Of a stretch of 64,000 nucleotides of DNA, positions 18,994-27,936 are shown piece by piece. The notes below the pieces were generated by a model. It ran no database searches. It was not told the origin of the DNA and saw only the letters and a list, made by a program, of their open reading frames with translations. The position numbers and the translations under genes were made by a program. Position 1 is the first letter of the stretch. Each line of letters starts with the position of its first letter. The stretch comes from an uncultured Planctomycetales bacterium. GTDB taxonomy: Bacteria; Omnitrophota; Gorgyraeia; Zapsychrales; Aceulaceae. The DNA lies in NCBI GenBank assembly GCA_964486675.1, contig CAZAOD010000001.1:5683-69682 (forward strand). The letters are read 5' to 3'.

Positions 18994-20580
18994 ATGATCA
19001 AGGTTTTGATAAGCGATAAATTGGCTCCGGAAGGTCTTCAGATCCTAAAGAACGTCAAAGAATTCCAGGTGGATTCTAAGCCTGGCATCTCGCCAGATGA
19101 TCTGAAGGCTATCATCAAGGATTATGATGCGCTCATTATCCGCAGCGAAACAAAAGTCACGGCGGACATCATTGCTGCTGCTGATAGGCTCAAGTTTATC
19201 GGTCGCGCGGGTGTTGGCGTGGATAATGTCGATCTGAAGGCTGCGACAAAAAAAGGAGTTGTGGTCATGAATACGCCCGGAGGCAACACGACTTCCACGG
19301 CAGAGCAGACCATGAGCCTTATCTTGGCCTTATCGCGCAATATCCCTCAGGCTTGCGCGTCATTAAAAGCTGGTAAGTGGGAGCGATCAAAATTTACCGG
19401 AGTTGAATTACACGGCAAAATATTAGGTGTCGTTGGATTAGGACGCATCGGCTCAACCGTTGCGCGCATGGCTAAAGCTTTTGGGATGAAGATCGTTGGC
19501 TATGATCCTTTTATCACGGTTGAACTTGCCAAGCAAATAGGCGTTGAGATCGTTGAAAAAGATGATCTTTTAAAGCGTGCCGATTATATTACGATCCATG
19601 TGCCAAAAAGCACGGATACAAAGAGTTTTATTTCTGACAAAGAGTTTGATCTGATGAAAAAAGATGTCCGTGTGATCAATTGTGCCCGCGGCGGGATCAT
19701 TGATGAATCTGCCCTTGTCCGCGCGTTGGAATCCGGACGGATCAAAGGATGCGCGCTGGATGTCTATGAGAAGGAGCCTCCAGATTTTCAATCGCCTCTT
19801 TTTAAATTCGACAACTGTGTCGCAACGCCGCATTTAGGGGCATCCACATCGGAGGCTCAGGTAAATGTAGCCATTGAGATCGCGGAAGCGATCCGCAATG
19901 CCTTATTGGGCCAGGGCATTGTGAATGCGACCAACTTTCCGTCGATCGATGCCGAAACGTTCAAAGTCTTGGAGCCTTACGTTGAACTGTCCGAACAGAT
20001 GGGAAAATTTGCCGGTCAGCTGATCGATGGGCGCGTCAGCAATATCAAGATCTTTTATAGCGGTGTTCTTTGTGATTATAAGACAGCGCCTGTTTCAATG
20101 GCGCTTGTTTACGGCATTTTAAAGCCTGCGCTGGGGGACAGCATTAATTTGGTCAATTCTTTAGATGTTGCCCGGGAGAGGGCGGTTAAAGTGGAAGAAA
20201 TCAAGACAAATGAGAAGCAGGAATTCGTCAACCTGATCCGCCTGGAAGTCGCGACGGATAAAGATCCGTTTGTTCTTTTTGGCACACTTTCAAGCAATAG
20301 CCAACCACGCATCGTTAAGGTGAACAATGTTTATGTCGAGGCAATTCCTCGAGGCTATATGTTGTACATTAATAACAACGACAGACCGGGGATCGTTGGC
20401 GCCGTTGGAACGATTCTTGGAAAGAACAAGATCAATATCGCGAGCATTACCTTTGGTCGCGAGCAAAAAGGAGGTCGTGTTATTAGCGTTGTCAATGTTG
20501 ATAACGAGATCCCCGAGAGTGTTCTTCAGGAGCTTCGCCAAACACCGGATATTTTATTTGTTAAATTGATTAAGGTTTAA
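18994..20580 (+). CDS. serA: D-3-phosphoglycerate dehydrogenase with a C-terminal ACT domain
   Basis: NAD-binding motif GVVGLGRIGSTVA, a catalytic His/Glu/Arg context, 528 aa with an ACT tail. Confidence 0.85.
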   Translation: MIKVLISDKLAPEGLQILKNVKEFQVDSKPGISPDDLKAIIKDYDALIIRSETKVTADIIAAADRLKFIGRAGVGVDNVDLKAATKKGVVVMNTPGGNTTSTAEQTMSLILALSRNIPQACASLKAGKWERSKFTGVELHGKILGVVGLGRIGSTVARMAKAFGMKIVGYDPFITVELAKQIGVEIVEKDDLLKRADYITIHVPKSTDTKSFISDKEFDLMKKDVRVINCARGGIIDESALVRALESGRIKGCALDVYEKEPPDFQSPLFKFDNCVATPHLGASTSEAQVNVAIEIAEAIRNALLGQGIVNATNFPSIDAETFKVLEPYVELSEQMGKFAGQLIDGRVSNIKIFYSGVLCDYKTAPVSMALVYGILKPALGDSINLVNSLDVARERAVKVEEIKTNEKQEFVNLIRLEVATDKDPFVLFGTLSSNSQPRIVKVNNVYVEAIPRGYMLYINNNDRPGIVGAVGTILGKNKINIASITFGREQKGGRVISVVNVDNEIPESVLQELRQTPDILFVKLIKV

Positions 20581-20598
20581 TATTCAAAAAGGGTGCTT

Positions 20599-21621
20599 AT
20601 GAAAAAGGTTTGTTTGTATGCTATTTGCATAGGTTTGTTCTTTGCGATAATCGGATCTGCGAGTGTTGGCTGGTGTGAGGGAACCGCCGCTGTTGAAAAG
20701 GAGTTCACGCCAAGATGCTCGAGCCATCAAGAGTGTGCGCGTCCAGGTCTTTTAGGTGTTTGTCAGTCTCCAGGCGAAAAAACTTCCCGTTGTCTTTGGC
20801 AGGAGATCGTGAAGATCCCGGTTGTTGTGATTGAGCCTGACCAGTGCCGCTCTTGTCAAAGCGAAGTTGTTTTAGAACAGCTTAGGATGTTTTTCCCAGG
20901 ATTGGAAGCTGAGCGTCTGAAAGCAAGCGATGCAGAAGCTAAAGAACTTATCGAGAAATTAAAGATCAAAATGCTGCCGGCATATATCTTAGGAAGAGAG
21001 ATCGAGCAAGAAATAAGCTTTAACGATTTTGAGCCAATGGTCTCTGCGGCTGAAGGCCAGTATTATCTTAAGCCGGAGTTCGCCGGTGTTTCATATTTCT
21101 CTGATCGCGCGCGCCGCAACAAACAATTGGACCTTTTTCTCGTTATGACATCTCCGGGCATGTATCAATCCGCTAAAATAGCCCAAGAGATCAGTAAGGA
21201 TAAAAAGCATGAGGTCAATGTCAAAATTCATTTCTTAGGATTGCAAGATGTGCAGTCCAAAAGGATCATTAGTCCTGGGGGCGAAAGGGAAATAAGCGAA
21301 AATAAAGTTTTCGCATGCGTCGAAAAATATTATCCCCAGAAAGCACTTGATTATCTTGCCGATCGTCTTCTGCAGATGGGTAATGTTTGGATTGATGATG
21401 CTTTGCAGGCCAATGGTTGCGATGTGAAGAAAATTAAGGCGTGTGCTCAATCTTCTCAAGGGGAAAAGCTGTACCAGCAGAAAGTGTCCTTGTCGCAAGA
21501 TCTCGATGTTCGTTATGCGCCGTTATTTCTCATGGAGAATACGGAGATTTTTGGTGTGACCGAAAGAACAACGGCGTCAGAAGTCCTAGAGACGTTAAAA
21601 TTATCTAATCAAAAAAAGTAA
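20599..21621 (+). CDS. exported hypothetical protein with a CxxC motif (possibly thioredoxin/DsbA-like)
   Basis: N-terminal signal peptide (MKKVCLYAICIGLFFAIIGSASVG), a PDQCRSCQ CxxC motif and several additional Cys pairs. I see no confident family match. Confidence 0.4.
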   Translation: MKKVCLYAICIGLFFAIIGSASVGWCEGTAAVEKEFTPRCSSHQECARPGLLGVCQSPGEKTSRCLWQEIVKIPVVVIEPDQCRSCQSEVVLEQLRMFFPGLEAERLKASDAEAKELIEKLKIKMLPAYILGREIEQEISFNDFEPMVSAAEGQYYLKPEFAGVSYFSDRARRNKQLDLFLVMTSPGMYQSAKIAQEISKDKKHEVNVKIHFLGLQDVQSKRIISPGGEREISENKVFACVEKYYPQKALDYLADRLLQMGNVWIDDALQANGCDVKKIKACAQSSQGEKLYQQKVSLSQDLDVRYAPLFLMENTEIFGVTERTTASEVLETLKLSNQKK

Positions 21622-21644
21622 CCTTAACCAAAGTGAGTTGACGA

Positions 21645-22916
21645 ATGAATATTGTTGTGGGTGGAGCCCAATGGGGCGATGAAGGCAAGGGAAAGCTGAT
21701 TGATATCCTTTCTCAAAAAGCAGATATTACGGTTCGGTATCAAGGAGGCAACAATGCCGGCCACACGGTCGTCGTCGGAAAAACGCAATACGTGTTCCAT
21801 CTTATTCCTTCAGCTGTTCTTCATAAAAGTAAGACATGTGTCATTGGCAATGGCGTTGTCATTGATCCGCAGGCATTGTTGGGAGAGTTGAAGCAGTTAC
21901 ATGCGCAAAAAATCGCGATCACGCCTCAAAGACTGAAGATCGCAGCTAACGCACACGTTATTATGCCATATCACAGGGTTCTCGATGGTTTACGCGAAAA
22001 AGTGCGCAAGAACCGTATTGGCACGACTGGTCGAGGTATTGGGCCTTGCTATGCGGATAAAGTAACGCGTTGCGGTATCCGCATGGTGGATCTCTTGAAC
22101 CCGCGCATCCTGCGATCAAAGCTTGAAGACAATCTGCGAGAAAAAAATGAGACCTTTCGCCTTGTCTATGGCCATAAGCCGTTTCACTTTTCAGATATTT
22201 ATAAGGAATATCTTCAGTATGGACAACAGTTGAAGCCTTTTATTTGTGATACGGCATTTTATCTTAATCAAGCGATTGACCGCAAGAAGACGATATTGTT
22301 CGAAGGCGCTCAAGGAACATTTTTGGATATTGATTTTGGAACATATCCCTATGTTACTTCTTCCAATTCTATTTGCGCTGGAGCCTGTGCGGGCGCGGGG
22401 ATATCGCCTGTCAAGATCCACAAAAGCATTTCTGCCGTAAAAGCTTATACAACGCGTGTTGGTGAGGGGCCTTTTCCAACGGAATTCTCTCAAGAGCTTG
22501 AAGAGGAGATCCGTAGCAAAGGGAAAGAGTTTGGAGCAACAACGGGGCGTCCGCGGCGTTGTGGATGGTTTGATAGCGTGTTAGTTCGTTATGCCGCCAT
22601 GTTGAATGGCTCTACTGAGTTGGCGATCATGAAGCTGGATGTTTTGGATGATCTAAAAATGATCAAGGTATGCACAGGCTATCGGTATAAAGGAAAAACG
22701 CTCAAGGAGTTCCCTTTTGACCTGGAGACTTTTTGCCATGTTGAGCCTGTTTATGTCACATTGCCCGGATGGCAGACGCCGATCAGCGGGATCCGATCTT
22801 ACGGGAAGCTTCCTGCCAACGCGAGGCGTTATATTGAATATTTAGAGAAGATTATTGGTGTAAAAGTGAAATATATTTCGATCGGCTCACGGCGCGATGA
22901 GATCATTGTCCGATAG
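21645..22916 (+). CDS. purA: adenylosuccinate synthetase
   Basis: VVGGAQWGDEGKGK P-loop and GNNAGHT; 423 aa. Confidence 0.9.
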   Translation: MNIVVGGAQWGDEGKGKLIDILSQKADITVRYQGGNNAGHTVVVGKTQYVFHLIPSAVLHKSKTCVIGNGVVIDPQALLGELKQLHAQKIAITPQRLKIAANAHVIMPYHRVLDGLREKVRKNRIGTTGRGIGPCYADKVTRCGIRMVDLLNPRILRSKLEDNLREKNETFRLVYGHKPFHFSDIYKEYLQYGQQLKPFICDTAFYLNQAIDRKKTILFEGAQGTFLDIDFGTYPYVTSSNSICAGACAGAGISPVKIHKSISAVKAYTTRVGEGPFPTEFSQELEEEIRSKGKEFGATTGRPRRCGWFDSVLVRYAAMLNGSTELAIMKLDVLDDLKMIKVCTGYRYKGKTLKEFPFDLETFCHVEPVYVTLPGWQTPISGIRSYGKLPANARRYIEYLEKIIGVKVKYISIGSRRDEIIVR

Positions 22917-23014
22917 AAAGGTATCTTTTTAAAGCCCAATCACTTACCATTATTTTCTTGACTTTGCAGAGGGCTTATGTTACTTTGGGATATTATAAAA
23001 AGGAGGAGAAATCC

Positions 23015-23665
23015 ATGCAGTTTTTACGATCGTTTATCAGTTTTTTTGTTATCGCAACACTTGTGGCAGGTCTTAGCGGGTGTACTGTTGTCATCCAAAA
23101 AGGCAGAACGAAGGATCTTCAAGAAATTTCAAATTTAAAACAAGAATTAAGCGAATTAGAGCGGGCTAAGCGAGAGTTGGAAGCAAGGCTCAGCCGAGAA
23201 ATTAACGACAAGGAAGTTTCTATTGAAATGCTTGAGCGCGGGCTTGTGATTACATTCGTTTCTGAGGTTCTTTTTGATTCTGGAAAAGCAGCTTTAAAAG
23301 CGGATTCCTTGCAAAAGCTTGGCAAGGTTGCTGGCGTTCTCAAGACGACCGTTAAGGATTTGCGTGTTGGCATTGAAGGGCACACCGACAATGTTCCGAT
23401 CCAGCGTTCTGGATGGAAATCCAACTGGGAGCTTTCTTCTGCAAGAGCGATGAGCGTCTTACACTATCTGATAGATAATGAAGGGCTTGAGCCCAACCGT
23501 TTGTCAGCGACTGGATATGGCGAGTTCCACCCTGTCGCCTCCAATGAGACAAAAGAGGGTAGGCAAAAGAACCGTCGTGTCGAGATCGTTATTTTGCCCA
23601 ATGTTTCCAAAAAGGATGCGGGAAGCGGCACAGGATCTTGGGGCGTTGAGGAAAATTTAAAGTAA
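23015..23665 (+). CDS. OmpA/MotB-domain lipoprotein (peptidoglycan-associated) with a coiled-coil linker
   Basis: Lipobox LSGC after a signal peptide and an OmpA-like C-domain (GHTDNVP..NWELSSARA..NRRVEIVI). ATG 23015 has an AGGAGG ribosome-binding site. Confidence 0.7.
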   Translation: MQFLRSFISFFVIATLVAGLSGCTVVIQKGRTKDLQEISNLKQELSELERAKRELEARLSREINDKEVSIEMLERGLVITFVSEVLFDSGKAALKADSLQKLGKVAGVLKTTVKDLRVGIEGHTDNVPIQRSGWKSNWELSSARAMSVLHYLIDNEGLEPNRLSATGYGEFHPVASNETKEGRQKNRRVEIVILPNVSKKDAGSGTGSWGVEENLK

Positions 23666-23668
23666 TTC

Positions 23669-24019
23669 ATGAAGAAGATCATCGAGAATAAAAATTTATT
23701 GATATTAGCGGCTATTAGCATTGGCTGTTTAGTAATATCGCTTGTTTCTTCTCAAAAATTTCAGCGGACGCGAGAGGATCTTAATCAAGAGCGGTATAGT
23801 CGCATGGTCGCTGAAGAGATGATGGAGAAAATGAAGTCAAAGGTCCGTATCCTTGAGGCCGACGTCAAGAAATTCCAGGCGGAGGCTGAAAAGGCGAATG
23901 CCTTATTGCAGCGCAAGGAAGGCGCTGTAGCGGAACTTAAGCTCGAACTTGAAAAGACCGAGCGTCTCAATCAAGTTCTCCAAGAGCAGTTGAAAAGCGC
24001 GCTTGTTCAGCAGAAATGA
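23669..24019 (+). CDS. small membrane-anchored coiled-coil protein (hypothetical)
   Basis: N-terminal TM helix (LLILAAISIGCLVISLV) then an Ala/Glu/Lys/Leu-rich coiled coil; the gene is followed by a strong intrinsic terminator. Confidence 0.4.
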   Translation: MKKIIENKNLLILAAISIGCLVISLVSSQKFQRTREDLNQERYSRMVAEEMMEKMKSKVRILEADVKKFQAEAEKANALLQRKEGAVAELKLELEKTERLNQVLQEQLKSALVQQK

Positions 24020-24085
24020 TGTACACCATGAATATGACAGAATAGCGCTATTAGCTTGTTGAGTAAGGATGGGTGGCATCGCGAT

Positions 24086-24112
24086 GGGGGATATATATCC
24101 CCCATTTTAATT
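24086..24112 (+). terminator. rho-independent terminator (perfect 18-nt palindrome plus U-tract)
   Basis: GGGGGATATATATCCCCC (24086-24103) followed by ATTTTAATT. Confidence 0.6.
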
Positions 24113-24127
24113 GGTGTCAGGAAAGCA

Positions 24128-24844
24128 ATGATCAGTAGTAGAATTCCAAAGCATGTCGCGATCATCATGGACGGTAATGGGCGATGGGCGAAAAAACGCC
24201 ATATGCCGCGGACCTATGGGCATCTGCAGGGGGTGCGGCGCGTAGATGATATTGTTGCTGCCGCTAGAATAGCCGGCATACAGTTCTTGACTTTATTCGC
24301 TTTTTCAGCAGAAAATTGGAATCGTCCAAGGCAGGAAGTTGATGTGCTGATGCGCACATTGGTTAAGAATTTAGACGAAAAGGCCAAGGAGCTGCACAAG
24401 GCGGATATAAAATTTCAAGTGTTAGGTTCTTTGGACGGTGTCCCTGAAAAGGTCGCCGCGGCCTTGAGCAGGGCTCAGGAACAAACTAAAGGCAACTCAG
24501 GAATGACACTTAACCTTGCCTTTAATTATGGTTCACGGCAGGAGATTTTGGATGCTGTAAAGAAGCTTTGTCGGGAAGTCAAGGACGGGCGCCTAGACCT
24601 TGATTCACTTAATGAGCAGAGCATTAGCGCTGCTTTGTATACGCGAGGAATGCCAGATCCAGATCTTTTGATCCGTACTTCTGGAGAACAGCGGATCAGT
24701 AATTTTTTATTGTGGCAGTTATCTTATAGCGAGCTTTATTTTACATCAAAATATTGGCCGGACTTTACAAAAAAAGAATTTGAGAAAGCTCTTGCGGATT
24801 ATCAAAGACGGGAAAGACGCTACGGAAAAGTTTTGGAGCCTTAA
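24128..24844 (+). CDS. uppS: undecaprenyl diphosphate synthase
   Basis: HVAIIMDGNGRWA..FSAENWNRP. Confidence 0.85.
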   Translation: MISSRIPKHVAIIMDGNGRWAKKRHMPRTYGHLQGVRRVDDIVAAARIAGIQFLTLFAFSAENWNRPRQEVDVLMRTLVKNLDEKAKELHKADIKFQVLGSLDGVPEKVAAALSRAQEQTKGNSGMTLNLAFNYGSRQEILDAVKKLCREVKDGRLDLDSLNEQSISAALYTRGMPDPDLLIRTSGEQRISNFLLWQLSYSELYFTSKYWPDFTKKEFEKALADYQRRERRYGKVLEP

Positions 24845-24848
24845 AGCT

Positions 24849-25670
24849 ATGTTGCCTCAGAGAGTATTAAGCTCAACGCTTATGGTCTTGTTAACGATCT
24901 TCGCGATCCTGAACAAGTGGTTCTTTATTGTTTTTGTTGTTGCGCTGACCATGGCTGGTCTTTATGAGTTCTTTTACCTCGTACGCAAGAAAGGGATCCC
25001 TATCTATAGTTATGTCGGGATCTTTATAGGGACCGCGATCCCTTTATCGATCTTTACGCGGTTTGAGTTGACCAAGAATTGGGAGTTATTGTTCATTGTT
25101 ATTGGATTTTTACTGTTATTGCTTTTGCAGTTTTTACGCGAAGATAATCATAACGCGATCGTCGGGATATCGACAACACTTTTTGGAGTTCTTTATGTGT
25201 CGTGGTTCTTTAGCTTTTTAGTCAAGATACGTTCGCTGATCCCGGGTGACGGGGGAATGAAACTTTTGATCTTTATCATCGCTGTCACGAAGGCAGGTGA
25301 CATTGGCGCTCTTTTAATTGGAAAAAAATATGGCAAGCATGCCTTATTAGCTAAGGTAAGCCCAAACAAAACCGTAGAGGGGTGGCTCGCGGGATTGGCT
25401 TTTGCGGCTATTGCCGCATGGTTGTGTTGGTTTTGTTTGCCAAAAGCGCTGAATTACACATTTCTACAGGTGTTACTGCTTGGCGCTTTTTTCGGGGGTA
25501 TAGGCCAGCTAGGGGACTTATCGGAGTCTATGATCAAGCGGGATTGTAATGTCAAAGATTCTGGCAAATTCTTACCCGGCTTAGGCGGCGTTTTAGATGT
25601 TATCGATAGCTTGTTGTTTGCGGCACCAGCATTTTATTTATATATGAGCTCTGCGTTAAGTACGCTTTGA
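24849..25670 (+). CDS. cdsA: phosphatidate cytidylyltransferase
   Basis: Multi-TM protein with the C-terminal CTP-transferase signature KRDCNVKDSG..PG.GGVLDV; uppS-cdsA-dxr-rseP order. Confidence 0.8.
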   Translation: MLPQRVLSSTLMVLLTIFAILNKWFFIVFVVALTMAGLYEFFYLVRKKGIPIYSYVGIFIGTAIPLSIFTRFELTKNWELLFIVIGFLLLLLLQFLREDNHNAIVGISTTLFGVLYVSWFFSFLVKIRSLIPGDGGMKLLIFIIAVTKAGDIGALLIGKKYGKHALLAKVSPNKTVEGWLAGLAFAAIAAWLCWFCLPKALNYTFLQVLLLGAFFGGIGQLGDLSESMIKRDCNVKDSGKFLPGLGGVLDVIDSLLFAAPAFYLYMSSALSTL

Positions 25671-25677
25671 TACGACA

Positions 25678-26826
25678 ATGAAGAAAATCGTTGTTTTAGG
25701 TTCGACGGGATCCATCGGCATCAATGTGTTAAAAGTTGTCGAGCGTTTTCCGCAGCAATTCCGAGTTGTCGCTTTGAGCGCTTTGAATAGTACGGATTTA
25801 TTGGCAAGGCAGATTCGTCAGTTTAAACCTCGATATGCCGCCATTGACGCAAAGCATGTTTGTGCTCTGCGTCGTGAGGTTTTCGGTTCTAAGGTATCGT
25901 TATTTGACACAAGAAGTGAGATCGACCACTTGGCAAGCTTACCGCAGGCAGATATTGTTGTTTTAGGTATTGAAGGCAGTGCGGCGCTTAGTCCATTTTT
26001 AGCGGCGATACGTTCAGGAAAGCATATTGCGCCTGCAAATAAAGAAGCGCTTGTCATGGCTGGGAGCATCTTGATGGCCGAAGCAAAAAGGCATAGAGCT
26101 TCTATTGTTCCCGTGGACAGCGAGCAGAGCGCGATCTTTCAGTGCCTTCAAGGCCAGGATCGCCAAGGATTAAAAAGAGTTTACTTGACCGCTTCTGGAG
26201 GACCTTTGCGTTGCGTACCTTGCGGCCAGCTTAAACGTGTTTCCGTTGCTGATGTGCTAAAGCATCCACGTTGGCGTATGGGCCGGAAGATAACGGTTGA
26301 CTCTGCGACCTTGATGAATAAGGGCTTAGAGGTTATTGAGGCGATGTGGCTTTTTGATTTGGCGGTATCTCATATTGAGGTTTTGATCCACCCTGAATCT
26401 ATTGTGCATTCAATGGTAGAATTTCAGGATGGCGCGGTCATGGCGCAGTTAGGTGTGACGGATATGCGCATTCCTATTCAATATGCCTTGACGTATCCGA
26501 AGCGTTCCATCGCTCCATTGCCAGCAATGGATTTTATTCGTCAGAAAACTTTGACGTTCTTAAGGCCTGATATTAAGAAGTTTCCGGCGTTGAAACTTTG
26601 CTATGATGTCGCAAAAAAAGGAACAACATTTGGCAGTGTTCTGAACGCCGCCAATGAAGAGGCTGTAAGCGCGTTCTTAAGAGAAAAGATCTCTTTTCTT
26701 AAAGTCACAGAGATCGTTCAGAAAGTGGTTGCAAAACATCGACCTTCTTCGTCGGTTACATTAAAAAGTATATTGAATGCTGATGCCTGGGCGCGAGAGG
26801 AAGCCCGGGGGTTGATCGGCAGATAG
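25678..26826 (+). CDS. dxr: 1-deoxy-D-xylulose 5-phosphate reductoisomerase
   Basis: VLGSTGSIG N-terminal NADPH motif; 382 aa. Confidence 0.9.
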   Translation: MKKIVVLGSTGSIGINVLKVVERFPQQFRVVALSALNSTDLLARQIRQFKPRYAAIDAKHVCALRREVFGSKVSLFDTRSEIDHLASLPQADIVVLGIEGSAALSPFLAAIRSGKHIAPANKEALVMAGSILMAEAKRHRASIVPVDSEQSAIFQCLQGQDRQGLKRVYLTASGGPLRCVPCGQLKRVSVADVLKHPRWRMGRKITVDSATLMNKGLEVIEAMWLFDLAVSHIEVLIHPESIVHSMVEFQDGAVMAQLGVTDMRIPIQYALTYPKRSIAPLPAMDFIRQKTLTFLRPDIKKFPALKLCYDVAKKGTTFGSVLNAANEEAVSAFLREKISFLKVTEIVQKVVAKHRPSSSVTLKSILNADAWAREEARGLIGR

Positions 26827-26832
26827 GATTAT

Positions 26833-27921
26833 ATGGGAACGCTAGTTTTTATTCTTGTTTTAAGTATTTTAGTGATCGTTCATGAATATGGTCATTTAGC
26901 TATGGCGAAGGCTTTGGGTGTGCGGGTTGAGCGATTTGCCATTGGATTTGGACCAAAGATCTTTAGTTTTAAGAAAAATGACACTGATTACGCGGTTTGC
27001 CTTATTCCTCTCGGGGGATATGTTAAAATGGCCGGCGATGAACGCGCTGACTGTAAGGGGGGCAAGGAAGAGTTCTTCTCCAAGCCTGTTGGTCATCGGG
27101 CGTTGATCGTTTTATCTGGGCCGGTCGTGAATTATCTTTTTGCGTTTATTTGTTTTTGTTTGGTTTTTATGATCGGCTATCCAGCTTTAGGGACAAATGT
27201 TAAAGAGACTGTCGCTGGTTATCCGGCACATGAGGCGGGTTTTCTTTCCGGAGACAAGATCCTTGCGATCAATAATGCTCAGGTTCATAGCTGGGAGGAT
27301 GTTCAAAAGTTCATTAGCCGTTCCTTAGATGATAATATCTCGTTTCTTGTTGACCGTAAAGGAGGGCAAAAGACCCTGATGGTGCGCTCAACGCAAGATG
27401 AAATAGAGAATATTTTCGGCCAAAAGATCAAAGCGCGTATCGTTGGCATTAAGCCTCAGGAGCAGATTGTTTTATTGCGATACAATTTCGCACAAAGCAT
27501 TGTTCGAGCAGTTGAGAAACTTATTGATATCACATGGACAACATATAAAGCGCTTTATTTGATGATCACAGGGGCAATGTCCACGAAGGACGGGATGACC
27601 GGGCCGATTGGGATCTTTTTTATCATCAAGAAAGCGGCAGAGTTAGGATTTACCTACGTTCTTTATATTATGGCTGTCATTTCCGCGAGCTTAGCGATCT
27701 TTAATCTTTTACCGTTACCTGTCTTAGATGGAGGGCATTTGTTGCTATTCGGCATTGAGAAAGTAAAAGGAAAACCGCTGCCTGCCAAGGCGGAGGAAAT
27801 CGTTTATAAGATCGGGTTAAGCGTGATCATTTGTTTAGCGGTCTTTATTTTTTATAATGATTTTGTTCGTTATGGTGTTTTTGATAAAATATTCACGATA
27901 AAGGATCGTTTAGGTTTTTAG
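26833..27921 (+). CDS. rseP: RIP metalloprotease RseP (site-2 protease, M50 family)
   Basis: HEYGHLAMA zinc motif, a PDZ-like central region and a C-terminal LDGG motif. Confidence 0.85.
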   Translation: MGTLVFILVLSILVIVHEYGHLAMAKALGVRVERFAIGFGPKIFSFKKNDTDYAVCLIPLGGYVKMAGDERADCKGGKEEFFSKPVGHRALIVLSGPVVNYLFAFICFCLVFMIGYPALGTNVKETVAGYPAHEAGFLSGDKILAINNAQVHSWEDVQKFISRSLDDNISFLVDRKGGQKTLMVRSTQDEIENIFGQKIKARIVGIKPQEQIVLLRYNFAQSIVRAVEKLIDITWTTYKALYLMITGAMSTKDGMTGPIGIFFIIKKAAELGFTYVLYIMAVISASLAIFNLLPLPVLDGGHLLLFGIEKVKGKPLPAKAEEIVYKIGLSVIICLAVFIFYNDFVRYGVFDKIFTIKDRLGF

Positions 27922-27936
27922 CGAAGAGAGGATCTC

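Noticed and set aside
22958-23014. Upstream extension of the OmpA-like ORF (start at 22958) and a TTGACT-17-TACTTT promoter
   Set aside because: The ATG at 23015 has a perfect AGGAGG ribosome-binding site and begins the lipoprotein signal peptide, so the extension is not credible. The promoter -10 is too weak to call.
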